Positions 38,761 to 53,858 of a DNA stretch of 61,989 nt are shown here, one piece after another. Position 1 is the stretch's first letter, and each line of letters begins with the position of its first letter. The notes beneath the pieces are model-generated. The model ran no database searches. It saw only the letters and a list, made by a program, of their open reading frames with translations, and was not told the origin of the DNA. The DNA is from Carcharhinus longimanus (Eukaryota). Made by a program: the position numbers and the translations under genes. The DNA lies in assembly GCA_030264375.1 (NCBI GenBank), contig JASCQW010000027.1, positions 100,283,279 to 100,345,267 of the forward strand, in the 5' to 3' direction.

Positions 38761-40779
38761 CGTCATATTAACATTTTCCAGAAATCAAGAATCCCTACAG
38801 TGCAAAAAAGGCTATTTGGCCCATCGAGTCTGCACTGACCACAATTCCACCCAGGCTTTATCCCCATTTACCCCAACTAAACCCCCTGACACTACGGGGC
38901 AATTTAGTATGGCCAGTCCAATAATCTGCACATGTTTGGACTGTGGGAGGAAACCGGAGAACCCAGAGGAAACCCACGCGTCACAAGGAGAACATGCAAA
39001 CTCTGCACAGACAGTCACCCAAGCCAGGAATCGAACCGGGGTCCCTGGCGCTGAAAGACAGCAGTGCTAACCAATGTGCCACCTGTGTAACTGCAGTATA
39101 ATATTTGCTTCAGGTGATGCTCGAAATCACAACCTTGGTATCGCCCAAAAATTTAGTATNNNNNNNNNNNNNNNNNNNNNNNNNNNNNNNNNNNNNNNNN
39201 NNNNNNNNNNNNNNNNNNNNNNNNNNNNNNNNNNNNNNNNNNNNNNNNNNNNNNNNNNNNNNNNNNNNNNNNNNNNNNNNNNNNNNNNNNNNNNNNNNNN
39301 NNNNNNNNNNNNNNNNNNNNNNNNNNNNNNNNNNNNNNNNNNNNNNNNNNNNNNNNNNNNNNNNNNNNNNNNNNNNNNNNNNNNNNNNNNNNNNNNNNNN
39401 NNNNNNNNNNNNNNNNNNNNNNNNNNNNNNNNNNNNNNNNNNNNNNNNNNNNNNNNNNNNNNNNNNNNNNNNNNNNNNNNNNNNNNNNNNNNNNNNNNNN
39501 NNNNNNNNNNNNNNNNNNNNNNNNNNNNNNNNNNNNNNNNNNNNNNNNNNNNNNNNNNNNNNNNNNNNNNNNNNNNNNNNNNNNNNNNNNNNNNNNNNNN
39601 NNNNNNNNNNNNNNNNNNNNNNNNNNNNNNNNNNNNNNNNNNNNNNNNNNNNNNNNNNNNNNNNNNNNNNNNNNNNNNNNNNNNNNNNNNNNNNNNNNNN
39701 NNNNNNNNNNNNNNNNNNNNNNNNNNNNNNNNNNNNNNNNNNNNNNNNNNNNNNNNNNNNNNNNNNNNNNNNNNNNNNNNNNNNNNNNNNNNNNNNNNNN
39801 NNNNNNNNNNNNNNNNNNNNNNNNNNNNNNNNNNNNNNNNNNNNNNNNNNNNNNNNNNNNNNNNNNNNNNNNNNNNNNNNNNNNNNNNNNNNNNNNNNNN
39901 NNNNNNNNNNNNNNNNNNNNNNNNNNNNNNNNNNNNNNNNNNNNNNNNNNNNNNNNNNNNNNNNNNNNNNNNNNNNNGAAGGGCCTGTTTGTGCTGTAGT
40001 GTTCTATGTTCTATGTTTGCCGGCAAGCCTATTACGTGGCACTTGATCAAAACGCTTTATGGAAGAATATGTCCACCACATCAGCTATATCATCTGCATC
40101 ATCAAACATCTTTCATTAACTTTATCAACAAGCTGGTGTCTGGGATTTTCTGGGGCTGACTCAGTGGATGCAGAAAGCCAGTTCAAAGTCCATCAGCTTT
40201 GACAGCACAGCTATATCTTGTCAGCAAATGGGACCAAAATATTCCACCAATTGTTTGTCTTTTACAAAGCACGCTGGCTTTTCTTAACTAATTCACACAT
40301 TGCCAAGTGTTCATCTTGTTCAAAATTATTGGGCTGAATTTTCATTTTCGAGGTAGTTAGTGGGACTTTGAAAGAATTTTCGGCTTAGCCGCCAGCCTCA
40401 GAAGGAACAAGCTACAAAAACAGGACTTTAGTTGGTTAGCTGTGGGGAGGGGAGCAGGAATGATAGGTGTGAGCTACAGTCAGGTTCGTTGTTTGGGAAA
40501 AAGTTTAAGGACTACCACAGGGTCTGTCAGGCATGGAGGTGGGCAGTTGAGAAGGCCTACCTCAGTGCTGTGGGACATGTTCTCAGTTACAATAAAATTA
40601 GAAAGCCCTCACTCACCCCACACATGCCCCTTATCCTTGCTCCATACATTGGGGCCACCCATACCACTCATAATGGTCCCTCATACCACCATATGCTAAG
40701 CCGTGGCACCTCTGTGTGCATCCACCCACTATCCTCTGTAATGGGTGGATATATTGAATGAATATACTTTCTGGCGTCC

Positions 40780-41450
40780 CACACTGATTTTTTTTTTACG
40801 TCCTGAATGAATGCCCAGTTTTGAGTTGCTAGATCTGTTCAAATTCTATCCCAGTTAGCATGGTGGTAGTGCCAGACAACACAATGAAGGTTATCCTCAA
40901 TGTAGAAATGGGACTTTAGTCTCCATGAGGACTTTGCAGTGGTCACTCCTACTGATAATGTCATGGGCAAATGCATCTGTGGCAGGAAGCACCTGTGAGG
41001 ATGAGGTTAAGTATGTTTTTCCCTCTTCTGGTGCCCTCACCACCTGCCAAATTCTCAGTCTGGCAGTTATGTCCTTGAGTTGGCAAGCTCGGTCTGTGGT
41101 GGCACTGCCAAGCCACTCTTCGTGGTTTGAAGTCCCCCCACCCAAAGAACATTCTGCATTCTCTGTTCTTCCTCCAAGTTGTGTTCAAATGTAGAGTTGT
41201 GCTCAACATGGAGGAGCACTGATTCATCAGCTGAGGGGAGGGTATGTGGTCATCAGCAGGAGGTCTCCTTGCCCACATTTGACTTGGTGCCCCTGAGATT
41301 TCATGGGATCCAGAGTGGATGTTCAGGACTACCAGGCAACTCCATTCTACTGTATACCATTGTGCCACCACCTCTGCTGAGCCTATCCAGCTGGTGCGAC
41401 AGGACATAACCAGGAATGGTGATGGTAATGTCGGGGATGTTTCCTGCCAG
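40780..41450 (-). mobile_element. LINE APE-endonuclease remnant (CR1/L2 group)
   Basis: GDF, TRRGKNILNLILT and SDHCKVL motifs; SRGGGTMVY. Confidence 0.75.
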
Positions 41451-44400
41451 GAATAAAAAAAGAATTCCCCGGGGAACCATTTGGGAGGCCGTGTTGACAT
41501 AATTGGCAATCTCCCCACGTGGTGGATGCTTCTCCCCATGTGGGTAAAATAGCATTAGGAGGGTGGGAACTTTTACCTTCATTATACAAAAATATGAATT
41601 TACGAACAGTTCCGTTAGTGACGCTTGTCTCATAATCAATTATTCATTTCCTCACTGGGAGAGTACGGTGCACCATAAGAATCTGCAGAAAAGCAACCTC
41701 TTAGAGAATTTCTAAAATATAGAACACAATGCTTAAGGTAACGATTTTCAACCTTTCACTCTGTAAAAACAATAGTACAAAACTGACACTAATTAATAAT
41801 TCCAGGTTGTTGGTCCATTGCATTAATCATCAGGGCATTTATCACACGAAACGTGGATGAGAATTGCACTGACAAGTGAATCATTAACAGACAGACAATG
41901 TTGTCTGAAAGACATTACTTATTACAACATTCATTACTTAACGATTATGAAGGTTCTCTGTGTAGATGTGAATATGTTATTTATGGTACACTAATCTAAT
42001 ACCTGTCCACTGGGATCCTTCCTGAGAAGCATGCTTTGAATTGGTCCATTCATTTTTTATTACAAGAGGGATAATTTTGAAATAATCTGGGGATTTGAGG
42101 TGAGATGGTTGGCTCTTGGGAATGTTTTCAGATGGCTTAGCTGTTGAATTTTATCTTTATGCAGGAAGCAGAGAGGGAGATGGAAGCGATGAGGTTTGAC
42201 GGGCAGACAAGTGAACAGGTTACCAGGCAGTATTTAAGATTGTGCAGCAAGAGTTGGCAGCTGTCGTACAGTGAATTTCTCATTTATCTGTACCTACGCT
42301 GGCCACATGTGCAGTTCGCTACTTCTTGCATTTATTTTCTGCCTTTATTTACCCCACGACGTCTCAACACGCTTTAAGCCATTAAAATGTAGTCAGTATT
42401 ATAATGTTGGACAGGTATGGCAGCCAATTGGTGCACAATGAGATCCTACAAACAGAAATTGAATAAGCTACCAGAGATCGGGGCACCTACACAATGGTAC
42501 CCCGAGCAGTCTGCTGCTAAGTTAAAGTTTATTTATCAGTGTCACAAGTAAGTTTAAATGAACACTTAAATGAAGTTAGTGTGAAAATCCTCCAGTTGCC
42601 ACGTTCTGTCTCCAGTTCGGGTATACTGAGGGGGAATTTAGCACGGCCAATGCATCTAACCAACACATTTTTGGACTGCAGTAGGAAACCAGAACACATG
42701 GAGGAANNNNNNNNNNNNNNNNNNNNNNNNNNNNNNNNNNNNNNNNNNNNNNNNNNNNNNNNNNNNNNNNNNNNNNNNNNNNNNNNNNNNNNNNNNNNNN
42801 NNNNNNATGGAGGAAACTCACACAGATACTGGGAAAATGTGCGGAATCTGCACAGACAGTGACCCAAACTGGGAATTGAACCCATGTCCCTGGTGTTATG
42901 AAGCAACAGTGCGAACTATTGTGCTGTTTCATCAGCGAATTTGGGCTCTGCACCAAGCCCCCTCCTCCCCTCCCCCCAACCTCACCCAATTAACTGGTGA
43001 GAATCGCACTTCTGTCCAAAAGAATGGTAGTGTCATACGATTGTGTCACCAAACTTGCCCAAAAAAGTCTTAACTTCATGACACTTGGAGTTTTTTGTTT
43101 GTAAGTTTGCAAGTTAATTATAATTTTGAGTTTTTTTCTCTTTCCAAAGGAGCTTAAAAATAACTGAATAAGAAATGCTTTTTAACCCAAAATACCTTTA
43201 TTTGCAATTCCAAGTACTTTTGGTGATATGAGCAGACAAGCATTTATCACACTCTGCCTCTATTTAGGGAATGTACTTCAGTGTATTGCCTTGACTACAG
43301 ATAGTGGAATGGAACATGAATTTGTCAAGCATTCACCAGCAGTAATCTCTGGGTTTGCTTCCATCCTCTAATTAATTTTTGGAAGAGTTAACTGGAACAA
43401 CATCATTGTTGAAAGCATGTTTCTCAAAACCACAATGATATTGGTGGAAAATAATCTTCTAATCGCTTCTTGCACAGACACATTCAATTTGATCCTCTGT
43501 CCTGTAGGCATGCAGCCTTGGCATCACTTAAAAATCCTTCTTCCATCGATGTAACTACATTGGTGTTTTAAAGATTTGAACCATATCTATTTTTGATTTT
43601 TTCCTCCAATAAAAACAAATGAATTCTTTTTACAAATTCTGGAGTACTAATTATTGGAAGCATTTTTCTAAGTGTTCTGAAATCTCTCTAATGCAATCAT
43701 GTTCAAATTGTACACTATTACCAGTGAAACCTCTGATGATCTGTGCGAGGTTATAATAATTTGTTATAATTCGCACTCAAGTGCCCTTGAAAAGCAGCTG
43801 AATATTTGTTTAGCTTTGCTCATTCCATTCTTCAGGTGAGAGAGCTACACAGCGCAGACTGTAAATTTTTTCATGACCTCCTATCACTATGACCGATGTG
43901 GTCAGAATAAGCTGGATAACATGACGATGTGAGCAGCTATTCCTCTTCCTGCAATGCAGTCAGCCAACAGTCTGAAAGGTCCATCCGTTCATCTGGGTGA
44001 CGGCGAGTGAAATTGTTCCAATTCCCTCAACTCTCAATGAAAGCTAAGATGGGCTCTCAAATCTTTTAATTGGCGGTGTTGCATGTTTCTGCAGGAAGGG
44101 AGGCAAACGGTTCATTGCATGTGAAGCATCTTTAGAAAGAAAACTCAAATGATGCAATTGATATTAGAATGTAAACGGTGACAATGCTGTATTGGATGTA
44201 ACGTGACCAATGGGAACAAGACGTAAGGGTCAGTTAACTAGTAAACCATTACAGAGTGATCTAATCGTCAGTTGACCAGCTGGTTCACTATAATAAGGAA
44301 CTATGTAGAACTGTGGGGAGCTTGGAGTGGCCTGGGGTGAGGCCCCAAGTTTGGAGTAATGATGTTTCTTTATTGAACCCTTTCTTTGCTTTATAAGTTG

Positions 44401-47400
44401 GAGTAAGTTTTGTTGTATTATCAGCTGCATTTTGAAGAGTTACTTCTGAAGAAACGAGAGAAGGCCATGTTTTTAGTGAAGTATGCCTGCGGTGAGAGCA
44501 ATTCAAAAAGGTTCTGCAATTCCTCATTGTAAGGTTCCCATCTTCAGAGTCCTTGCCATTGGGGAGATGGTAGCATCTCTACTTTCAACAGCAATTGCCT
44601 ATCTGTTTGCTTTCCACAAGAATGAATTTCCCAGATGCATTCAGTGAGGTTGGAGACATTCCATTAGGACAGAGGTTCTGATGAACATGCGCCTCTGGCA
44701 GACCCCCACATTGACTCCAACAGACCGAAAAGAAAATTGGAAAATTGATACTTCTCTCCAAGGCGATTGCTTAGAGCTGCTTCTTTCTGGTGCCTTTTTC
44801 TATATTTGATCTCAGGATTTGGAGCATGTTGTCAAGGCTCCATATGTTGCCTCATTTCTCAGAGAAAGTGGTGGTGTTAAATCTTGCAGTCCTTGTAGTG
44901 ATTGTGCTCTCATGTTGTTGTTTAATTGATTTTAATGCATCAAAAATGACAGAACAGCAGGTGTACATCTGAGTCAGGATGCTGAGTGACTTGAATTGGC
45001 TTGGGGGGGGGTGATTCTCCCAAAAGAATTTTAAATATCAAAATCGCACAAAAACTGGAGTAAATCCCGCTGGCTTTTGAACAGGAGTTTGAAAATGAAC
45101 CTCCCACATTCTGTGAACTGCAGCGTCACTCGCGTAAATCATTCCAAAAATTAGGAGGCAGGCCCATTCCCGCTGGAGATGCCAACAGCACAGTGCTGAG
45201 CACTCCCCTCCGCAGCCCCAACACCACCCCAACGGCCAGCCCCTCAGTCACTGGCCTCCCTCCCTNNNNNNNNNNNNNNNNNNNNNNNNNNNNNNNNNNN
45301 NNNNNNNNNNNNNNNNNNNNNNNNNNNNNNNNNNNNNNNNNNNNNNNNNNNNNNNNNNNNNNNNNNNNNNNNNNNNNNNNNNNNNNNNNNNNNNNNNNNN
45401 NNNNNNNNNNNNNNNNNNNNNNNNNNNNNNNNNNNNNNNNNNNNNNNNNNNNNNNNNNNNNNNNNNNNNNNNNNNNNNNNNNNNNNNNNNNNNNNNNNNN
45501 NNNNNNNNNNNNNNNNNNNNNNNNNNNNNNNNNNNNNNNNNNNNNNNNNNNNNNNNNNNNNNNNNNNNNNNNNNNNNNNNNNNNNNNNNNNNNNNNNNNN
45601 NNNNNNNNNNNNNNNNNNNNNNNNNNNNNNNNNNNNNNNNNNNNNNNNNNNNNNNNNNNNNNNNNNNNNNNNNNNNNNNNNNNNNNNNNNNNNNNNNNNN
45701 NNNNNNNNNNNNNNNNNNNNNNNNNNNNNNNNNNNNNNNNNNNNNNNNNNNNNNNNNNNNNNNNNNNNNNNNNNNNNNNNNNNNNNNNNNNNNNNNNNNN
45801 NNNNNNNNNNNNNNNNNNNNNNNNNNNNNNNNNNNNNNNNNNNNNNNNNNNNNNNNNNNNNNNNNNNNNNNNNNNNNNNNNNNNNNNNNNNNNNNNNNNN
45901 NNNNNNNNNNNNNNNNNNNNNNNNNNNNNNNNNNNNNNNNNNNNNNNNNNNNNNNNNNNNNNNNNNNNNNNNNNNNNNNNNNNNNNNNNNNNNNNNNNNN
46001 NNNNNNNNNNNNNNNNNNNNNNNNNNNNNNNNNNNNNNNNNNNNNNNNNNNNNNNNNNNNNNNNNNNNNNNNNNNNNNNNNNNNNNCCCATGACCTTTGT
46101 CTACACCTATTGGGGAAGATTGAGGGAAGACTAATTTAGGGACAACTTGTTACACCAATCAGCCTAAGAGCACGTTTTTGGAGTGTGGGAGGAAACCGGA
46201 GCACCCGGAGAAAACCCACGCAATCACGGGGAGAATGTGCATGGCGTGGGGCTATAGAGTCTCATGATGAACATGAATGAAACAAGTTATACCAATATTA
46301 CATGAAATCTCAGCACCATAGTGCATTGTTTCTTGATGAATGGCTTTCACCATATATTCCTGTGTTGATCCTCCAACCACACTATTTTTAATGGGGTTGA
46401 GCAGAAAATTTTCAGCAAACATCTCTATGGGCCACCACAAGATCTGCTGTTTGGTCAATGGACTCAGATCCATGCTTGGACATTATGGACGGGACCTTTA
46501 TTCACTTGGCTCAAATCTGGCATCATCTGCCAGAATGATCCAGTTGAAATGGCAACGTTTGCCCTGGCAACAGGAATGCCATTGCTGATAAAGAATAAAC
46601 ATGGAACGACAGCAAGTCACTACATTGGAAACTAAATCCTCTATTCTGGCTGTTGCCTCAGTTGAGAAAACATTTTGCTTGCTAAAAACATGCAACAAAT
46701 TAGTGCCACAGGAATAATATTATTTAACGACAACATATAAAACGTGTCAATAGATAATGTACTGTAAATATTGATGCAAAATCTAGCACAATATTACATT
46801 TGTTATGTTGTAATCCTAAAGTTCATAAATGATTGTATATTGGCTGAAATGGCCTGGCATGAGTATTAGCAATCACCAAATTAATTGCAAAGTAACATTC
46901 TAGTGCTGGCCTACTAATTCTTCTTGGTCTGAGCACAAGCTACTTTAAGTTTATAGAATAGATGGGCTCATAGGATTTAAATTTGTATATTACTGCCTTG
47001 TTTTCTAAATAGAATCAAGTAAGTATTTTGTTGAGTTATTTTGCTCATCAAAAACGAGATCAACTCTCTTATAAGATTCCCATGGTACCCATTCTTAGGG
47101 CGAGGGTAGAATGGAAAACTTCAGCCTTCTTGGTCTCTGTTAACATACCTGGAAGATGGAAAACAACTGATTTTCCTTTCTTGTGGCTAAATGATCATTT
47201 CCCACTCTTTGCTCGCTCCCCCACTATCAGGATGGAAAACCAAAATGAACCTGAGCTGTGCCCTACCATCCAGCATGTCTGTGGAAACTATTGCAGAGTG
47301 ATTTAACTTGTGCTTAAATCACATTATTCTTACTCCATTAATCCTGCCTTACCCAAATCTAAATGGGGTGGGTATAGAACAGTTACTGATACTTCAGTAC

Positions 47401-48982
47401 CAAGTGAGTTTTGAAGTGTTGGAGATGCCATAATTCAAGTCAGGCATTATCCAGCCCAGATGCACCTTCTAATGCTTCAGATTGATGTCAAAGATTTTGG
47501 GGTACTGTTTAAAGATTCCAGGGTGAGGTGAGAGTTAGCTACATCATGGTCAAAATATCACAGTGATTGTCATCTGCTGTCTCTTGATTCGAGGGCAACA
47601 TCAGCTGAGGGCTGCAAATTTCTGTCTTTGGTCTTCATGTGCCGATTCTCAACTCACTGATCTTTGGGCACATGGGTCAGTCATAGATTAATTGGTTATT
47701 CAGCTTTCTGCTGTTTCTAAATTCCTGCTGCATGCAAAGCATATATTGTAATGAAGCATAATGCTACATAACAACAGGAACTGCACTTCACAGTAATTCT
47801 TTGCATTTGAGACAGTCTGGGCAGGATTTTCCCTGCCTCCTGTAAACCTGCGGAAGGGGTTCACTGTTAGCCGGATTGGAAGATTCCACCAGCAGGAACT
47901 TCTCGAACATACTGGCCGCCAGGAGTAAAAGTGCTAGCATTGGTCACATTGCCGCATTTTAGTCCAGATACTTTTTTCTCTGAATTTGTAACTCAGGGTG
48001 CTATTGTAGGTGATTCCAGCACTTTCAATGAACCAGTGTGCTCTTTAAATCTGATCAACTTGGTGGTTTTATTAAATTGTACTGAGCGTGCTCTTTTTTA
48101 AGTTGTAGAGGTGGTGGGAGAAATATCTGACTTGATCCAGAGCATTATGTACAAACTGCCAATAAAATTCTCAAAATAGTTAAAGGCAAAGCAAATAATA
48201 GCGATGGTGAAATGTAGATTTGGTTTCATTGTCAAATTGTGCCTCTGCTGCATTTATTTTCAGTATGAACCGAAATTTGTTCAAGAAATCTGGGTTGACC
48301 TTATGTCATTGTTCACCACTGACAGCGGAACATAGGAACTGGCACTATCTCCGGGATGACAGTGATACAGTGCCAGTGCCATTGGACTATTAGCCCAGAG
48401 GCTTGGACTCTGGAGACATGGTTCACATCCTATCACAGCAGCTGGTAGAATTTAAAATCAATAAATGAACAGAAAAGAAAATTGAGATCTGAGCTTGTCT
48501 TATTAATAGAAACCATAAAGCCATTATAGATGGTTATAAAAAAAACACCTGGTTCACCAACTTTCTTCTAGGGAAACAATTCTGGCGTCCTTACCTGCTC
48601 TGGTCCACATGTTATCCCAGATCCACAATAGTGTGGTTGACTCTTAATTGCCCTCAAAAGGAAATTAGGGGTAGGCAACAAAGACTGGCATTGCCAATCA
48701 TACCCACATCCGATGGTAGAAAATATATTTTCAAGAGGCCCCTCGAGCCTTTTCCCTTAGTATTCAATGGAATCATACCCCATTTTACCCTCACTTAAAA
48801 AAAAAATTTGTAAACCTCAGATTTAAATTCAAGAATTAATTTGGTGTGTAGAAGAAGCTTTTGAATATCTACTTTTGACGAGTTTCCCCAATTTCATTCC
48901 TGAAAGGTCTGGCTCTAATTTTTTAATGACCATTAATTTTCTAATGGGCTTACAAAATCTCACTTAATTGTCCTGGCGGGAG

Positions 48983-49228
48983 ACAATACACACCTCTTTA
49001 ACCTGTGCTTAACCCTCTCTCCACTCACACTGTCTGTACCTTGAAGACTTGATTATCTGTAAAGACTCGCATTCCAACCATTATCTTGTAAATTGAATTT
49101 GTGATTATATGTACCCTGTTAGCAAACGCAACTCCTCACTCACCTCAAGAAAAAGTGACACTCTGAAAGCTTGTGCTACCAAATAAACCTGTTGGACTTT
49201 AACCTGGTGTTGTGTGACTTCTTACTCT
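48983..49228 (+). mobile_element. Penelope-type terminal repeat with decayed hammerhead core
   Basis: cactcacctcaagaaaaagtgacactctgaaagcttgtgctaccaaataaacctgttggactttaacctggtgttgtg. Confidence 0.65.
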
Positions 49229-49239
49229 AACTTTTAGAC

Positions 49240-51130
49240 AATGCCCTTTCTCCCTCAACTACCCAAACCACGAAAATAGTTTCCCTCTCTTAACCTAATC
49301 TGTTTCTCTTAATATCTTAACTTTCAAATTTTGGGAGCTGTCATCCTACATTGTGTAGTCTCTTATCAGATTTTATCCTTGGATTCAAATATCATTCTGG
49401 TAAATCTACTCTGCACCCCCTCTGAGGTAAATATATTCTTCCTCAGGTCTGAGACCCAGAACTGTGAACAGTACTTGAGGTGTGGTTGAAGCAGAGCATT
49501 GTGTTGCTGTAGATGCATTTCATTCCCCTGGACATAACGAATAAGGATATATAAGGACATTTGGCATGTCAGCTATGATTCTCTCCAACATTTACAGATG
49601 CACCATAGAAAGCATTCTTTCTGGTTACATCAGGAGCTTGATATGGCTCCTGCTCTGCCCAAGACTGCAAGGAACTACAGAATGTCATGAATGTAGCCCA
49701 ATCCATCACTCAAACCAGCCTCCTATCCATTGACTCTGTCTACATTTCCTGCTGCCTCGGCAAAGCAACCAGCATAACTAAAGACCCCATGCACCCCGGA
49801 CATTCTCTCTTCCACCTCCATTCTTCGGGAAAAAGATACAAAAGTCTGAGGTCACGTACCAACCGATTCAAGAATAGCTTTTTCCCTGCTGCTGTCAGAT
49901 TCTTGAATGGACTTGCCTTGCATTAAGTTAATCTGTCTCTACACCCTAGCTATGACTATAACACTCCATTCTGCACTCTCTCATTTCCTTCTCTGTGAAC
50001 AGTATCTTTTGTCTGTATAGTGCGCGACAAACAATACTTCTCACTAAATACATGTGATAGTAAATCAAATTAGATGGAAAGACTCACATTTCATTGGCTT
50101 TTTTGATTCTTTTTCTGTACCTGTTTGTGACCTTTGAGTGATCAATGCATCTGCACCTCCACGTCTCAATGAGCCTTCATCATTTCCATCGTTTTCCCAT
50201 TTTGGAATGGTGGTACAGTGGTTAGCACTGCTACCTCAAAGCAGTTGCATTCAATTCCTGCCTTGGGTCAGTGTCTGTATGGAGTTTGCATTCTTTCCCC
50301 GTGTCTGCATGTATTTCATTTGGGTCCTCGGTTTTTTCTCTCAGTCCAAACGTGCAAATTTGGTGGATTGGCAACGCTAAGTTGCCCTTTAGTGTGCCAG
50401 GATGTGGCAGTTAGGCGGATCAGTTAGGTGAGGAGTCAGTGCAGACTCGATGGGCCAATTGTCGACCTACTGCACCCGAGGTTCCTATGAAACTACCTGT
50501 TACATCTTCACATTGAAATATATTTGTTGTAGTTTTCTCAATTAGCAATGTTAATATCACTTCATAATTTTGTGTTTCCAGCATCATTGCTGACAATGCT
50601 GTTTAACTGTGTCATCAGAGCATTTGGAAATGTGGTTTTCTATTCCATCATCTAAGTCATAATTGAATACCATGAGCATTCAAGGCCTCAACACAGATCA
50701 TTGAGGGACATCGCTCATCGTATCCTATCAATTAGAGTATCTGTTCATTATTGCTCCTCTGTCTCCTGTCAATAAGCAAGGCCCGAAGCAGATCAGTAAT
50801 TTGCCTTCAATTCCATGAGTTTGAAATTTAGCCACCAGCCTCCCTCACATTGAACTATGCGGGACCCCGCTCGACACTGTCTTCTGCTCAGAAAAGCACC
50901 CTTCGACCTCTGCTTCCTGCCACTCTGCCAAGCTTGGATGTAGTTTGCCACATTTCCTTGAGTTCCAGCGGGTCTTAACTTTGCTGTCAGTCTCCCATGT
51001 GGGACCTTACCAAACGCTTTGCTGAAATCGAAGCAGACCACATCAAGTGCACTGTTCTCACCTATGCTTCTGGTCACCTGTTTGAAAAATTGAATCCAAT
51101 TGGTCAGACTTGATCTCCCCTTGACAAAAC
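49240..51130 (-). mobile_element. CR1 remnant with nested Rex1 and V-SINE insertions
   Basis: PHLKYCSQFW..LRKNI and DFSKAFGKVPHGRL peptides flank the inserted elements. Confidence 0.75.
49557..50072 (+). mobile_element. Rex1/Babar LINE 3' fragment
   Basis: ITKDPMHPGHSLFHL..SGKRYKSLRSRTNRFKNSFFPAAVR peptide; tail taaatcaaat. Confidence 0.85.
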
Positions 51131-52869
51131 TTGACTTGAAACTGTAACTTTTAGCCCAGATGTTAGGATGTTGTTCTGTGCGACAAGATCTCTGCTTTGG
51201 TCCTGAAATAATTGCAGATAAAGTAAAAACCAGTATCAAAACACATCATCGATAAAACTGCTTCGTTGTTGGTAACCGTCTTCATAATTTTCAGATGTTT
51301 TTAAACTGCACTCCCCCTCCCCCCACCTCCATCTTCCCACCCCACAAAGATGGATCTTTTGACCACAAGAACACATAGTGTAAGACAGTGATTATTCCCA
51401 TGATGCGTCAATAAGCAGAATGGACAAGGAAAGGCACGCCCAATTCACAGCTTCTATGAGAGCTTTGAGTATTTGATGCTTTGATACCTATTCTGTATTG
51501 TAATGATGAAACTTCAGAACAAATAAATAGACTTAAAAGACTTTGCAGTCGCTGAGGAGAAAAAAATGAAACTCATGCTTTTTACATGCTATCACTGGGA
51601 AGAGTAATCTAAAGATGGGTTCACCACAACAATTAAAAGGAAAAAAAGTGTGCTTTTCTCTTTCCCTGTTAGTTCAAAATGTTCCAAATTCCTTAAAAAA
51701 TCCATTAAAACACCTAGTACATGTGCGTATCTGGTTAAGAACTTCATGTGCAAGTAGTGGCAGAGCTGAGTTACATGACAGATGAAGGAGTCGAAGATTT
51801 CTGGCATTCGGACACAGACAGGCCACTTCTGTTTCACTCTGCACTGCATCTGCCTGCGTAGGGAGTTATGGAATTCTGTCATGATGAATGAGATTGAACA
51901 GACATTCCAACTGAGAAGTGCTTGGGAAAGTGTAATTTTCTGCTGAGCAACAGCATGGAAGAAGATTCACTCTGGAGGAAGACATTGATTGAAAATACAA
52001 ATCACCTTCTGCTTTGCAGTCTTCGAGCAGATGGGAGTGACTTGATTGGCTGACACAAGCAGCAGACCTGACCTCAACTAAGTAACAATGGTGTCCTTTA
52101 AATTGCAGTTTCAGGACAAACATTTTTATTTTCAAAACTTTGCTGTGCTGATGTGAAACCAATAGTTGACTTCCATGAGGCTAAATGTTGCATATTTTCT
52201 CATATTGATTTTCTACATTATTTTTATATGCTGCTCTCCTTGATAAAAAAGAAAGTTGACTGTTCAAAGCTTGATGATTTAATTGCTCAGACGAAAAACT
52301 GCTATTGAATCATATTGTGAAATTGACTGTGTAGTCACTGTATTGTTTTTTTTTGCTCCATTTCTTTCACCAGTACAGACCTACCACTGGGCAGTACTAA
52401 TTGTTAATCTTGTTCAACGTAGTCACATGCCATTCCTTGACTGTGTTTGCTCTGTGCAGCTACAGGTAGCTTGTGAATATAAAAAAAAGTCTATCGTCCT
52501 GCTAGGGGATGGATTGAATACAAGTTTAGAATACAACGGTTAAGTCCGTAATTCGTGATATATAGGAAATGTTAGCTGTTAAAAGTAAATGGAAATTAAT
52601 CAATTTTACAAAGTTAAACTGTTTGTGCTGAATTTTGAAACACTTAAACATTCCATTCCCAAAATTCAAAACTATGAATTCTTTGCCTGAGAATATTTAG
52701 AATCTATGGGATTCACCAGAAATGAATTAAGTGGGCTAAACCTGATGTTGCCGAGCAACACTCAGAGCTTCATTGGGCCTTGAAGTGTCAAAGTTATCAT
52801 TTGACCGATTAACCAGTTCTCTAAACTGGTTTCATCAAATATTGAATTGTGACAAACTGATATTGACTC

Positions 52870-53215
52870 AGCACTGTTCATCAGCAGAGTTTAAAATGTA
52901 TCTTTCTCATCGGTAACAATGATTCAGTTAGGTGACTTGATCGATTGTTACTTCACGATGAGCTGTTTATCTGCCCACTGAGGTGAACCTAAAACATTGC
53001 ATGGCAGTTTTTGGATATCGAGTCCTCTCGGTTCTCTGACCAATATTTATACCTCATATGACACCAGTGAAAAATAATCTGGTCATTTTTCTTATTGATA
53101 TAGGATGTTGCGAAGTGCAAATTATTTACCTTTTCCCACTATTACAACAGTGGCTACATTTCAAAAGTACTTGAATGACTGTAAAGTGTTTAAGGATGCT
53201 ATGAATGATGCTTTC
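52870..53215 (+). mobile_element. Deu-domain-type SINE remnant (SacSINE1/AmnSINE1-like tail)
   Basis: ttacaacagtggctacatttcaaaagtacttgaatgactgtaaagtgttt tail. A similar remnant lies at ~47400-47820. Confidence 0.55.
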
Positions 53216-53513
53216 TCAATTTAATTTTATATGTTCAGAAATCCAGTTAACAACTCTCAAATGTTCAGTTTCTATTTATACTTGTTTAACTGTAACATAC
53301 TGGATTCTGGGAAGTTGGGATCCACAGAACCAAATCTTCCTGATCTGTATTCGTTATTATTGGATGTGGAATCATTGAAGGGTTACAGAAGTGGCCATTT
53401 GGCCCATTGGAGCTGTACTGGAGAAATTCGCCAAGATTCACTCTTCCTCTTCCCCTGGACATTCATTCTTTTCGGAGAATAACTATCGGGAAGATGCAAC
53501 AAAAAATACATAA

Positions 53514-53858
<345 letters not shown>

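Noticed and set aside
30920-42815. Short direct repeats flanking 100-N gaps (tgctgtat at 30928-31027; atggaggaa at 42707-42806)
   Set aside because: Probably contig-overlap artefacts rather than biological duplications.
39074-46134. Long 300-360 aa ORFs in the track
   Set aside because: Artefacts of N gaps at 39160-39977 and 45266-46086.
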